Source of the DNA: Schmidtea polychroa
Lineage: Eukaryota
NCBI GenBank assembly: GCA_044892525.1
Contig: CM097885.1
Location: 35,962,001-36,026,000, forward strand
DNA: 64,000 bases
Reading direction: 5' to 3'
This document shows, one piece after another, positions 33,189-42,846 of the stretch. Each line of letters starts with the position of its first letter. The stretch's first letter is position 1. A program made the translations under genes and the position numbers. The notes beneath the pieces are model-generated. The model worked only from the letters and a program-made list of their open reading frames with translations, did no database searches and was not told the DNA's origin.

Positions 33189-34608
33189 TTAACTATTGTA
33201 GATGCACATTGCAAACTACAAGGATTTATTTTATAACTATAATTTTGTAATCACTTTTTTAAATACTTTGATTATATTTCAAAAAACATAGTATTTTCTT
33301 CATAATTTTCGTCATATTTTCATCATAATTTTGGTCATATTTTCATCATAATTTTGGTCATAATTTTGGTCATAAATCATTTTCATTTTGTTCATAAATT
33401 TTCGTCATAATTTGGGCATAAATCATCATAATTTGGGCATAAATCATTTTCTTCATAATTTGGGCATAAATCATCATAATTTGGGCATAAATCATCATAA
33501 TTTGGGCATAAATCATCATAATTTGGGCATAAATCATAAATCATCATAATTTGGGCATAAATCATTTTCTTCATAATTTGGGCATAAATCATCATAATTT
33601 GGGCATAAATCATCATAATTTGAGCATAAATTCATAATTCATTTTCTTCATAAGTTTGATCATAAGGTTCATCAAAATATTTAAGAAATTTTCATCAAAA
33701 ATTAAAGAAATTTTCATCAAAATATTTAAAAAAAAAGTGATTACGAAATTTAAATATCAAAAATATATATAAAATAAATAAATCTTACATTCTGATTCCA
33801 TATCGGAATCTGAGTCTTCAGCAACCGAACTGAGGGTATTATCATCAATTGTTACATTTTCCATAAAATCTTCATCGATGGAATCCGAGTCTTCAGCAAC
33901 CGAACTGAGGGCATTATCATCAATTGTTACATTTTCCATAATTTCTTCTTCATCGATGTCGACATTGAAATTAAACGCTAAAAAATAAAATTTTTAAAAA
34001 TAAATTACTAAAGTAAATAAATTTACTTTTTTCTTTGATAACCTTGGTTTGCCCAACATCAATAACTGGGGCATCCGATTGTCCAAGAAAAATAATATCT
34101 TCATCACTATTTTCATTAACATTTTCTGTAATGCAAATTAATTTAATAAAAATTAAAATAAATTTACTTTTTTCTTTGAAAACATAGTTGTGCCCAACAT
34201 CATTAACTGGGGCATCCGATTGTCCAAGAAAAATAATATCTTCATCACTATTTTCATTAACATTTTCTGTAATGCAAATTAATTTAATAAAAATTAAAAT
34301 AAATTTACTTTTTTCTTTGAAAACATAGTTGTGCCCAACATCATTAACTGGGGCATCCGATTGTCCAAGAAAAATAATATCTTCATCACTATTTTCATTA
34401 ACATTTTCTGTAATGCAAATTAATTTAATAAAAATTAAAATATTAAATTTACCAAATATATTTTCCACATTTAAAATGGCATCGTTTTCTGTAACTTCGT
34501 ACCAGTCGAATGGTTCTAAAATAAAATATAATAAAAATCGAATAAAAATAATAATAATTTACCGTTAGTCAAAAGACTTCTCAATACTCGATTCTTGTTG
34601 GTTTCCAT
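28054..34608 (-). CDS. Protein-primed DNA polymerase B polyprotein. Main exon 32087-28054; predicted upstream exons 34608-34563, 34515-34453, 34407-34309, 34266-34168, 34125-34027 and 33977-33789; ~1540 aa
   Basis: Exonuclease motifs YADFES and FHNLRGYD; polymerase motifs DINNLYG, KLYNNSLYGK and GDTDS; OTU-like NDHKCF..HY; endonuclease VII-like CYLC..VRDHCH..CRKCN. All six predicted introns are GT-AG and phase 1. The main ORF is secure; the leader exons are predicted. Confidence 0.9.
32405..33190. repeat. Seven ~100-bp tandem units with a constant GC-richer core and variable ATT spacers
   Basis: tattgaagagaagtagctgcatgcccactgcagactactatgtagctacatgcttactgtagactac repeated 7 times. Confidence 0.95.
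33295..33655. repeat. 21-bp tandem repeat (tcatcataatttgggcataaa)
   Basis: Seen directly in the sequence. Confidence 0.9.
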
Positions 34609-34949
34609 TGATTTCAAATAGATTTTCGAATTGATTTTCAAAATTTCAAAATAATTGTGACAAATTTTAGATTTGTCAATGTTTATAAAGAGAATGAATA
34701 TTTTCCTGTCCCAGCCAATGAGAATATAGACACACACACATATACATTGAATATTTTACTCTCTCAACCAATCACACGCATGCATGTATGTAATGTAAAT
34801 CAGTCAGAATTACATGTGACTGCCTTTGTTAGTCATGCCTTTGTTAACTTGCACTGTGCATGCCTCAGGCAAAGGCAGTCTTTATGTTACAAATAATAAT
34901 ATTTATTAGAATAATAATAAAATTAATTAAAAATAATAATATTTTTCAC

Positions 34950-34992
<43 letters not shown>

Positions 34993-35069
34993 TTAATAAT
35001 ATTAATAATAACACAACAACAAAGGAAAGGATACATTTATTAAACATCAAATTTATTAAACATTTTTCT

Positions 35070-35482
35070 TTAAACATCAAATTTTTTGTACAATAACCAA
35101 GCTAAACAATGTTGACCGCATGTTTGGGTCAAAGGATTTTGAAACATAGTTTTATTATACACAATAGGTTTTCCCATTGTTTGTAGTTTTGATATCAACA
35201 AAGCTGGGTAATAGAAACCCATCGGATCGAACACGAATATATTACCAGGTTTCACATATATAGCTATCCAATGTTCTCCACCAAGATGAGACGATTGAGT
35301 ATTGACGATTATTGCTTGATTATTGCTCAAATATGGAATTTTATCAAGAGGAAAAACTCCAACAAATTCATTTCCCAATATCTGTTTTCCGATTTTATTG
35401 ACCTGAACAGAACTATTTAAATAAATCCAGAGTATAAAAAAACAACTTACTCCATGATAACTTTTTGTGTTTCTGTATACAT
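35070..35482 (-). CDS. Adenain-like cysteine protease; 38-nt intron at 35413-35450
   Basis: GVFPLD, IVNT......GEHWIA, FDPMG and Q......CGQHC. The spliced N-terminus reads (MYTETQKVI)MDSVQVNKIGKQILG. Confidence 0.92.
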
Positions 35483-36703
35483 TTATACCAACACGGTTCT
35501 ATTTGCAGTAATTTGAACTTCATTTTCAAATACTCCATATATTATAACATGTACTGGTTCAGTAATAGCTTTGGCAAACTTTATATCCAGTCGTAAATTC
35601 CCGTTTTGTGGTAATTGACTTTGATTTAAATCAAAATCAGGGGCTAAAACAAATGTAAAAAATGGGTATTTGCTTTTAAAATCTTCTAGTGTTATTCCGC
35701 AATTCAAATTTTTATCTAAATAACCCAGATTTCTAACAATACTCTGCATATATGTCGCACAGTAATTGTCATTCTCGAAATCTTGAATATATGTTTCTCT
35801 ATAATCAGTATTTTTCGACAAAGTCAATGATGTAACACCAAAGTTTTTGAAAATTGAGCTGGACGCAGTATATGATCCATTATATTGTGCTTCACTTTGA
35901 AATGTTATCAGAATAAAATTAGGCATTCTTCTGTCACCAAATATTTGTTCTTTATAGAATGATGAAGCACCTTTAGCAATAGCAAATTGTACAATTTCCT
36001 TTGTTTTTAAGGGATAAATTGCATGTTTTGAATTAAGACCCAATTGATGACCAGCTAATACAGAGGGGTCTACTCGAACTCTTCTCACCAATAATTTTGC
36101 ATCAACTAATTGACATATTGGTGCAGTAGTTGCACTAGTAAGAGATAATGCAGAATCAGACCTTTTCAATCTAATATGTACATTAACTCCCGGTAGTAAA
36201 TATTTCGGTTGATCCATAAAATCAAGTTGTAATGATGAGCACATGGTGAAAACCTTTGAGCCTTTTACCCACTTTTTTCTTTCATCATCACTGCCATAAC
36301 CCATAGGAGTAAGACATGTATTTTTAGTATCGGAATTGTAATTTAAAATAGTTTCTATTAATGCCTTGTGAATGAATGTATTATTTCCGCCCTCAATCTT
36401 GATATTATTAAATCCCAACACTACATCTTTAAAAAGAGTATGAAACAGGAAATTGTTCGGTATTACATCTGCATTGGCATCCAAAACTTTTCTATCTTTA
36501 TCTACAACCTTAATCTGAACAGTCAATAAAGTATCGTTCAAATCTAAATATTCGGTTTGTGAACCGTTAATATAAAACTCGATATCATTTCTACTATCTG
36601 TAATTGAATTCATAGGAAAAACTTCCTCAAATGCCCCAAATTCTATTACAGCCTGGGGCGATGGTCTATCAAATATACATAATTCAGATTTACCACAAAT
36701 CAT
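35483..36703 (-). CDS. Double jelly-roll major capsid protein
   Basis: 406 aa with Polinton MCP motifs KSELCIF..P, IEF.I.G...YLDL..T.L, NNFLFHTLF, Q.KYLLPGV and GNLRLDIKF. Confidence 0.93.
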   Translation of the reverse strand: MICGKSELCIFDRPSPQAVIEFGAFEEVFPMNSITDSRNDIEFYINGSQTEYLDLNDTLLTVQIKVVDKDRKVLDANADVIPNNFLFHTLFKDVVLGFNNIKIEGGNNTFIHKALIETILNYNSDTKNTCLTPMGYGSDDERKKWVKGSKVFTMCSSLQLDFMDQPKYLLPGVNVHIRLKRSDSALSLTSATTAPICQLVDAKLLVRRVRVDPSVLAGHQLGLNSKHAIYPLKTKEIVQFAIAKGASSFYKEQIFGDRRMPNFILITFQSEAQYNGSYTASSSIFKNFGVTSLTLSKNTDYRETYIQDFENDNYCATYMQSIVRNLGYLDKNLNCGITLEDFKSKYPFFTFVLAPDFDLNQSQLPQNGNLRLDIKFAKAITEPVHVIIYGVFENEVQITANRTVLV

Positions 36704-37071
36704 TTTGCAAATATAGTTCCATGTCCTTTCATTCGTTTGTTTATACGTGATATTCCATGTCTTTTACGTTTTGGAGCATGAGCTGGAGCTGGTGCTGGAG
36801 CTGGTTTTTGAAACATACCTGCAACCCCGGGTAAAACTTTCCCTAATTCTGCTAAAGCATTTGTTTTTAGAGATGGTAATATTTTCTGTTCATTCATAAT
36901 AACATCTTTTGCAGTTTTCATACCAAAACTACCGATACGTTTAAGAATAGGCAATGCAAATCTACCTATTGTTCTCAACCATCCTGATCCGTACTGTTTA
37001 CCAATAAAATATGGTAAATCACCACCAGATTGGCTACCACTATACATACTAATAATATCAGAATTTGCCAT
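36700..37071 (-). CDS. Virion core or membrane-active protein with protease cleavage motifs
   Basis: QSGG and QYGSG followed by the amphipathic WLRTIGRFALPILKRIG and a basic C-terminus; typical position between penton and MCP. Confidence 0.8.
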   Translation of the reverse strand: MANSDIISMYSGSQSGGDLPYFIGKQYGSGWLRTIGRFALPILKRIGSFGMKTAKDVIMNEQKILPSLKTNALAELGKVLPGVAGMFQKPAPAPAPAHAPKRKRHGISRINKRMKGHGTIFAK

Positions 37072-38131
37072 CTACTTTACGAAAATGTAATGTCAAATGA
37101 GTTTTTGAACCTTTTGGAAAGTTTATAAGTTTTCCACTATCATCACGAATATTTATTTCTATATTGTTTATACATGAACTTGCTATTGGTAAATACATGG
37201 GATTATCGATATTTATATTGACAACTTCATCATGTTCATATTTGCCAATCCATACCGATTTCAAAAGAGGAACACTGGAATCACCAACAATTATGGGTTC
37301 GATAATGTTAGTATATATGAACATTTGTTGATGATGTTCTAGTATTCTTGGTTTGCGTATACCAGTCGATTTTTCTCGATATTTTTGCTTATCTAATCCA
37401 AGTGAATTTGCCAAATTTTTATCAAATGTAACTTCGCAAATATCATCATTCAAACTGAAGGTAAACATCAAATCTTTCACAATTTCCAAATTTTTAAATA
37501 TGTGTGAACAATTGAACTTTAAATATTTAAGTAAATCATCAAGTTTATCAAAATATAATTCATCAGCAAAGGTAAATGATTCTTCAACTTTATCATTATA
37601 CGACACAGATATTTTGATTTCTTCTTTCATTACACTGTTTGCTTCAAATAGATTAAAACGTAATAAATACTCGGTCTCCGTAACAATATTTTTCAACTTA
37701 TTGCAACCCATTCGTTTGGCATCTTCAATAGTTTCGAATGTTATTGTAAATGGTTTAAAATCACAACTGATATTTAATCCATCCTTGTAAAACATATAGC
37801 AATGCGAATCTAATATTTGATTCGGAATATGATATGTTTTATCATAATTACTGATAACAAAGATACCGCTACATGTTTTCACAATATTCCTTTTGAAATC
37901 AATCTTACATTGACTATAAAATGGGAATGTGTTGTACACGAATGTAAAATCTTGCAGTGCAACTTCCCAATCCCCATTTAAAGAAATCGGATTCTGAAGA
38001 TTGACCATGAATTTACTGGCTTGATTGTCTGGATGAATTAATGGACAACTATTGCTCGGCAAAATAGTATAAAAATTCACTTTACTAGGTCTTTTGCTGA
38101 TATCCATGACGGGTTTTGATAACCATGCCAT
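37058..38131 (-). CDS. Minor capsid protein (penton)
   Basis: FY.ILPSNS....PDN..S.F.V.L..PI.L.G.WEVAL at the N-terminus and IVGD..VPLL...IEINIRD..G..I.F....LTLHFR at the C-terminus. Confidence 0.92.
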   Translation of the reverse strand: MAWLSKPVMDISKRPSKVNFYTILPSNSCPLIHPDNQASKFMVNLQNPISLNGDWEVALQDFTFVYNTFPFYSQCKIDFKRNIVKTCSGIFVISNYDKTYHIPNQILDSHCYMFYKDGLNISCDFKPFTITFETIEDAKRMGCNKLKNIVTETEYLLRFNLFEANSVMKEEIKISVSYNDKVEESFTFADELYFDKLDDLLKYLKFNCSHIFKNLEIVKDLMFTFSLNDDICEVTFDKNLANSLGLDKQKYREKSTGIRKPRILEHHQQMFIYTNIIEPIIVGDSSVPLLKSVWIGKYEHDEVVNINIDNPMYLPIASSCINNIEINIRDDSGKLINFPKGSKTHLTLHFRKVDGKF

Positions 38132-38706
38132 TTGACATAGTATTGTTTATCCTTACCGACCTTTTTAGTTTTCAATATTTTTTGAATTCTAAATACTTTT
38201 GGGGGAGGAATGACTTGTAATTCCTGCTCATAAAATTTCCCCTGTACAATATTATTATCATTGTCTTTGATGACATACATTACAGGATGCTGTTTAGTAT
38301 TTATTTTTGAAATTACAAAGACTTCATCACTCCAATTTGTATCAAAATTTTTAATAAATGGTGATGCACTAATTTTACTAATTCTAACATGGTCACCGAC
38401 TTTATATTTAGGTTTTGCAATTTTTACAGATTTTTTAGATAATGATGTTTTTGATGTAATATCAACCGGTCTCAATCCATTCAGTCCTCGATGTGATGAA
38501 TGATTATAACTTGTTATTATTTTCGGTAAAGCATTTACCCATTTTTTATTACCTTGATGCACGAACAATTTCTTTAATCGATCTCTCAATGTTCGATTAA
38601 ATCTTTCAACATGGGCAGCTTTGTATTGAGAATGTACCGAGTAGTGATTTATTTTCAGTTTATCGAGGATTTGCTTAACTTTGCTATTGTAGAATTCTTT
38701 ACCTAA

Positions 38707-38783
<77 letters not shown>

Positions 38784-39171
38784 CTAAATCTGTTTGCAAA
38801 TTATTAGGATGTCCATCTTTAAATAAAATATTAATTGCCTTGGACATTTCTTCTGCAGATTTTGCCTTGACTGGTATTGCTCGTGCAAACCTGCTGTATA
38901 CATTAATACATGTTAAAATATATTTATTCCCATTGTTAATTTTCGAATATGGTATCATCTCCATCAAATCCATTTGCCATAAATCGTCAATACCAAATGT
39001 TTTATACGCTCTTGTTGGAAATCTTTTCCGCATTGGTTTGTTCAAACTGTACGCAAGCTGATCTGATAACCACTTCTGGGTTTCTTTTTTCGAATTCGGA
39101 ACTCTTTTGTTTAATTTTGCCACTCCACCGAAACCGGCTTCGTCTTCTGGGTTCGTCCAAATCTTCTCCAT
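38077..39171 (-). CDS. Retroviral-like DDE integrase with C-terminal chromodomain; 81-nt intron at 38703-38783
   Basis: WQMDL, QTDLG|KEF, VERFNRTL, YKVGDHVRIS and the chromodomain YYVKWHGY..PSWI. Confidence 0.95.
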
Positions 39172-39229
39172 TACAACAAGAAGATTTAAAATTAAATTTA
39201 ATGTCGGGCAATGAAGGATTAGCACCCAT
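39002..39229 (-). CDS. Overprinted small ORF with N-myristoylation consensus and a CC motif
   Basis: MGANPS (G2, S6), FKSSCC and basic RRRSR; its ATG sits 3 nt after the stop of the upstream gene. Confidence 0.55.
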   Translation of the reverse strand: MGANPSLPDIKFNFKSSCCNGEDLDEPRRRSRFRWSGKIKQKSSEFEKRNPEVVIRSACVQFEQTNAEKISNKSV

Positions 39230-39232
39230 TGT

Positions 39233-39766
39233 TTATGATTGATTTCCTACAACTCCACCTAATAATGATAATGCCAGAGGTATCAAGGCACCAATAAATC
39301 CACCTTGTTGTTTATATATAATTTTCCTCATTTGCTTACGATTTTTATTATTTACTAAAGATAATAAAGGTTTCCTATGTTTGCTCAATAAATGCTTTTT
39401 TGATTTACTGATTTTAATTTTGCCTTTGACTACTTTAAGTATAATATTGAGTAAATCATCGACAACAAAATTTGGGAATGATTGCAATATATTCATTCTT
39501 TTCATACTCGGAGCCTTTAACAATGCATTAAAAAATGGAAAACTGCGATGATTTTTAACTACTTTTTTACCGGTTTTACGGGTTTTACGGGTTTTACGTT
39601 TAGGTTTAGGATTTTTCGAAATAAGATTCATTGCAGAGAAATTTTCAGTTACAAGTTTTTTAGATGGTGTATAACTAGTTGTTGGTGGAACTTTTGGAAC
39701 TTTAATAGTCTTTCTAATACCTTTTCTTAATTTCCTAATATTTTTCACCCTTGCTTTTAGAAACAT
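39233..39766 (-). CDS. Highly basic core protein with C-terminal QQGG and hydrophobic peptide
   Basis: K/R-rich; ends KQQGGFIGALIPLALSLLGGVVG, typical of Polinton core or membrane-lytic precursors. Confidence 0.8.
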   Translation of the reverse strand: MFLKARVKNIRKLRKGIRKTIKVPKVPPTTSYTPSKKLVTENFSAMNLISKNPKPKRKTRKTRKTGKKVVKNHRSFPFFNALLKAPSMKRMNILQSFPNFVVDDLLNIILKVVKGKIKISKSKKHLLSKHRKPLLSLVNNKNRKQMRKIIYKQQGGFIGALIPLALSLLGGVVGNQS

Positions 39767-39784
39767 TATTATTCATAGAGGTTT

Positions 39785-40411
39785 TCAACTTTGTTTATAA
39801 ACCATGGCACCTTTTGGGTTGAAAATATCTGTTTTTACACGTAAATCATCGGGACATTGTTGTGTGAAATCAAGAAATATATATCCATGAGGTATTTTTG
39901 TAGCATCTTGAAATGCACTGATAAGAAAATTACGATTGTTAGGGTATGCTTGACGTGCAAGAAAATCAATCACTGTTGCATCTCTAGGATTCTTGAAAAT
40001 GACTAAATACTGTACATTTAAATTACGTGTTCGATGTGCCCCACCTTGATGAAATAGATTTTGAGTTATGAAAATAACTGTTACACCGACATGTCTGCTG
40101 ATCTTTGTAAATAAATTATTAAAATCTTTTTCTTTATTAGCTTCTTGATACAAATCATCGATAATAATGACATCACCTTTCTTTAATCGGCTGGACCAGT
40201 TTTTATCGAATCCCTTTACTATTTTCATGTTTTTTAATTTACAGAAACTTGATTGAGTTAATCCATGTTCTTCATCAGCACCCCTATGCCAATAAATCCT
40301 GTTGAATTTTGATTTGAATAAATTTGATTTTAGTAATTTACAAACAAATAATGTTTTTCCACTACCACTCGGACCAACGATTTGGTATACTGCATCATTT
40401 CTTAATTCCAT
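39785..40411 (-). CDS. A32/FtsK-like DNA packaging ATPase
   Basis: Walker A GPSGSGKT, Walker B IIIDD, SRH, FITQNLF, LVIFKNPRD and HGYIFLD. Confidence 0.96.
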   Translation of the reverse strand: MELRNDAVYQIVGPSGSGKTLFVCKLLKSNLFKSKFNRIYWHRGADEEHGLTQSSFCKLKNMKIVKGFDKNWSSRLKKGDVIIIDDLYQEANKEKDFNNLFTKISRHVGVTVIFITQNLFHQGGAHRTRNLNVQYLVIFKNPRDATVIDFLARQAYPNNRNFLISAFQDATKIPHGYIFLDFTQQCPDDLRVKTDIFNPKGAMVYKQS

Positions 40412-40510
40412 TTCAAAAATTTTATATATGTATATTTGTTTATATTCGATGATTTAATGAACTCATGCTCAATTTGTATATAAAGACTAATTTTCATAAA
40501 TGATTTAATA

Positions 40511-40948
40511 ATGTTAGCAAATATAAATTATCGAGGAAATTTTGATGTATCGAATATGAGGTTCCCACCTGGGAAACCCCAGCAAATTATCGATAGAAGC
40601 GGGAAATATCCGATAATATTTTTCAAGACTGGTAAATGTCGAATCATGGGATGTAAGAAACCTTTGGATATTAATAAATTACAATATCGAATAAATAATA
40701 TTAAAATCCAATCAATTACCGTTACTATGGATATGGGACATAGTATCAATCTATATAACATGTCGAAAAAATGTGATTGTATGTTTGAACCAGAATTGTT
40801 TCCGGCACTAAGACTAATAAAATATAACCCTATATGTGTCAATGTGTTTGCTAGTGGAAAGGTTGTCATGTTGGGGTTGAGAAATTTGGAGTATAGAGAA
40901 TTTGTTGACAATGTTCGAAATGAGATAATTTCATTGGTCGATTTTTAA
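40511..40948 (+). CDS. TATA-binding-protein-like protein (divergent, 145 aa)
   Basis: IKIQSI...INL...FEPELFPAL...VNVFASGKVVMLG aligns to TBP repeat 2 (YEPELFPGL...IFVSGKVVLTG); IIFFKTGKCRIMG aligns to repeat 1. Confidence 0.85.
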   Translation: MLANINYRGNFDVSNMRFPPGKPQQIIDRSGKYPIIFFKTGKCRIMGCKKPLDINKLQYRINNIKIQSITVTMDMGHSINLYNMSKKCDCMFEPELFPALRLIKYNPICVNVFASGKVVMLGLRNLEYREFVDNVRNEIISLVDF

Positions 40949-41019
40949 TTGGTTAATTTCTAATTGGTTATTGATTGATTTAAACAAACGGTTTTTTGTT
41001 TAGAATTCATTTTTTCACT

Positions 41020-41437
41020 ATGTACAAAATACCAAGCTCTGCAACCCTCATGAAGGATATTGACGATTCCGGTAAATTTAAAATTTTTATTTTCACATTA
41101 TTTACTATTTATTATTTTAGAAAAATATATCAAAGTTATGATCAACAGGATAAAATATTATTATCCGCAAATCAATGAAATTATCAAGGATAGAGAAGCA
41201 GAAATAATTCCAGACCTCATTTTCTACACAACACAAATTAGAATAATGGAGGTATTTCACCAGTTCTTGTGGGATCTTAAGATAAACAGAAGCATCAAAC
41301 AAATGGAGCCAGAGTACCAGTGCATCATCGGATGCTCATGCTGTGCCGATCGATATCGGCGATATGTCGAATGGGAGTTAGTGAAAACTCTGCGAAGGTT
41401 TCACTACTCCCGGATTGTAGATCTTGGATATGAATAA
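41020..41437 (+). CDS. Unknown accessory protein with a CxxGCSCC motif; 49-nt intron at 41072-41120
   Basis: Splicing joins two short ORFs in frame; a homologue exists at 1470-1871; AATAAA overlaps the stop. Confidence 0.75.
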
Positions 41438-41855
41438 ATGTATTTTTGTATCTGTTGTGTTTTTTATATTTGAAATAGTAATAAATAATAGTAATAATAA
41501 TAATATTAATAATAATAATAGTAATAATAGAAATAATAATAGTAATAATAGAAATATGAATAGTAATAATAATAGAAATAATAGTAAAAAAAAACATTAA
41601 TAATAATAATGAAACACCTTATTAATAAATCTGTAAATAGAACATATAACAAAACATGTAATAATTAAAACATTAATAATAAAACACATAAATAATAAAT
41701 CTGTAAATAGAACATATAACAAAACATGTGACAATGCAACATCAATGCATTTTGAATGCAATTTTAAACAAAGACATGCTGTAATCTGATTGGTTGATAG
41801 ACATGAGTCAAAGGTATAAAAACCCTGTAACATTTCAATTTATTCATTATTCACG

Positions 41856-42266
41856 ATGACCAAGAAAATTTCAAGCACCGAAAAACCAAAAGAAATGGTA
41901 CAACCAGTTCAAATGTTCCACAACTACAAAATGTATTTTTTGAAAGAAGAAATCAATATGAAATTGGTTGCACCAGTCAAGCTAATTCCAACTAAATTCG
42001 AATTCTTATCCGGCACGCTTTCAATGATTGATGTCAAAACTATTGATGATGTTTTTAAACGGATAGATTCGAATCTATCGTGTAATCAACATGCATGGTT
42101 CAACAATAGATATGCAAGATTTTATGATGCTTTTGATGAAATCAGTTTCAAAGAAAATGAAAATTGGTATATAACAATAGCAATCCAGGGATATAAAGTT
42201 GATAATAATGATGTATATTCTCCTATTTGGAAAATTATGTCTGCTAGACTTTCACAAATATTTTAA
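41856..42266 (+). CDS. Unknown accessory protein (possible OB-fold ssDNA-binding protein)
   Basis: Conserved between the two elements; CCAAT/AP-1/TATA promoter upstream; beta-rich C-terminal pattern. The function is speculative. Confidence 0.75.
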   Translation: MTKKISSTEKPKEMVQPVQMFHNYKMYFLKEEINMKLVAPVKLIPTKFEFLSGTLSMIDVKTIDDVFKRIDSNLSCNQHAWFNNRYARFYDAFDEISFKENENWYITIAIQGYKVDNNDVYSPIWKIMSARLSQIF

Positions 42267-42392
42267 TGTTATATTTAATAAATGTATTAGTCAGATTTGT
42301 TTTTCTCTTTATTAATTGCAACATAAATGCAAATGACATGCAAATTTAACAAAGAAAATCTATAAACAAAATTATAATATAGTTTTAAAGTG

Positions 42393-42778
42393 ATGAAAAT
42401 GACTGCAGAAAAAGGTTAACATGATTAATTAATTACCGAATTATTTATTATTTAGAATTTTTAATCAACTTTTTGTTGGAAAAGTTAGCAGAAATATCTG
42501 GTGTGAAAATGGAGGATATATTATCTATTACAAATGCCTTAAATATCGGCTGGTTAGTTGAGAGTCAAGATACAGGATTTGATGATGAGGAAGAAACTCA
42601 AGAAATTGATGAGGAAGAAACACAAGAGGAAATGTATGAACCTATAGAGGAACCTATAGAGGAACCTATAGAGGAACCTAAAGATGAATCTAAAGATAAT
42701 ATTACGAATGATTGTATTGATCATGTCGTTGAAAATATAATGAAATGTGGAGATGACGACTGCGAATGTGTTAATTAA
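42393..42778 (+). CDS. Acidic small protein with Cys-rich C-terminus; 41-nt intron at 42415-42455
   Basis: The intron is conserved with the copy at 352-709; EEPI repeats; C-terminal CIDH...KCGDDDCECVN. Confidence 0.75.
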
Positions 42779-42846
42779 TAAATCTTAGTGTTTGTAAATT
42801 TATTTAAAATTTTATTTAAAAATCAAACAAAATAACTATATAAATT

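Noticed and set aside
33392..33616. YDDLCPN or MMIYAQI repeat peptide as a gene or extra pPolB exon
   Set aside because: It derives from a 21-bp tandem repeat, and I found no convincing flanking splice sites.
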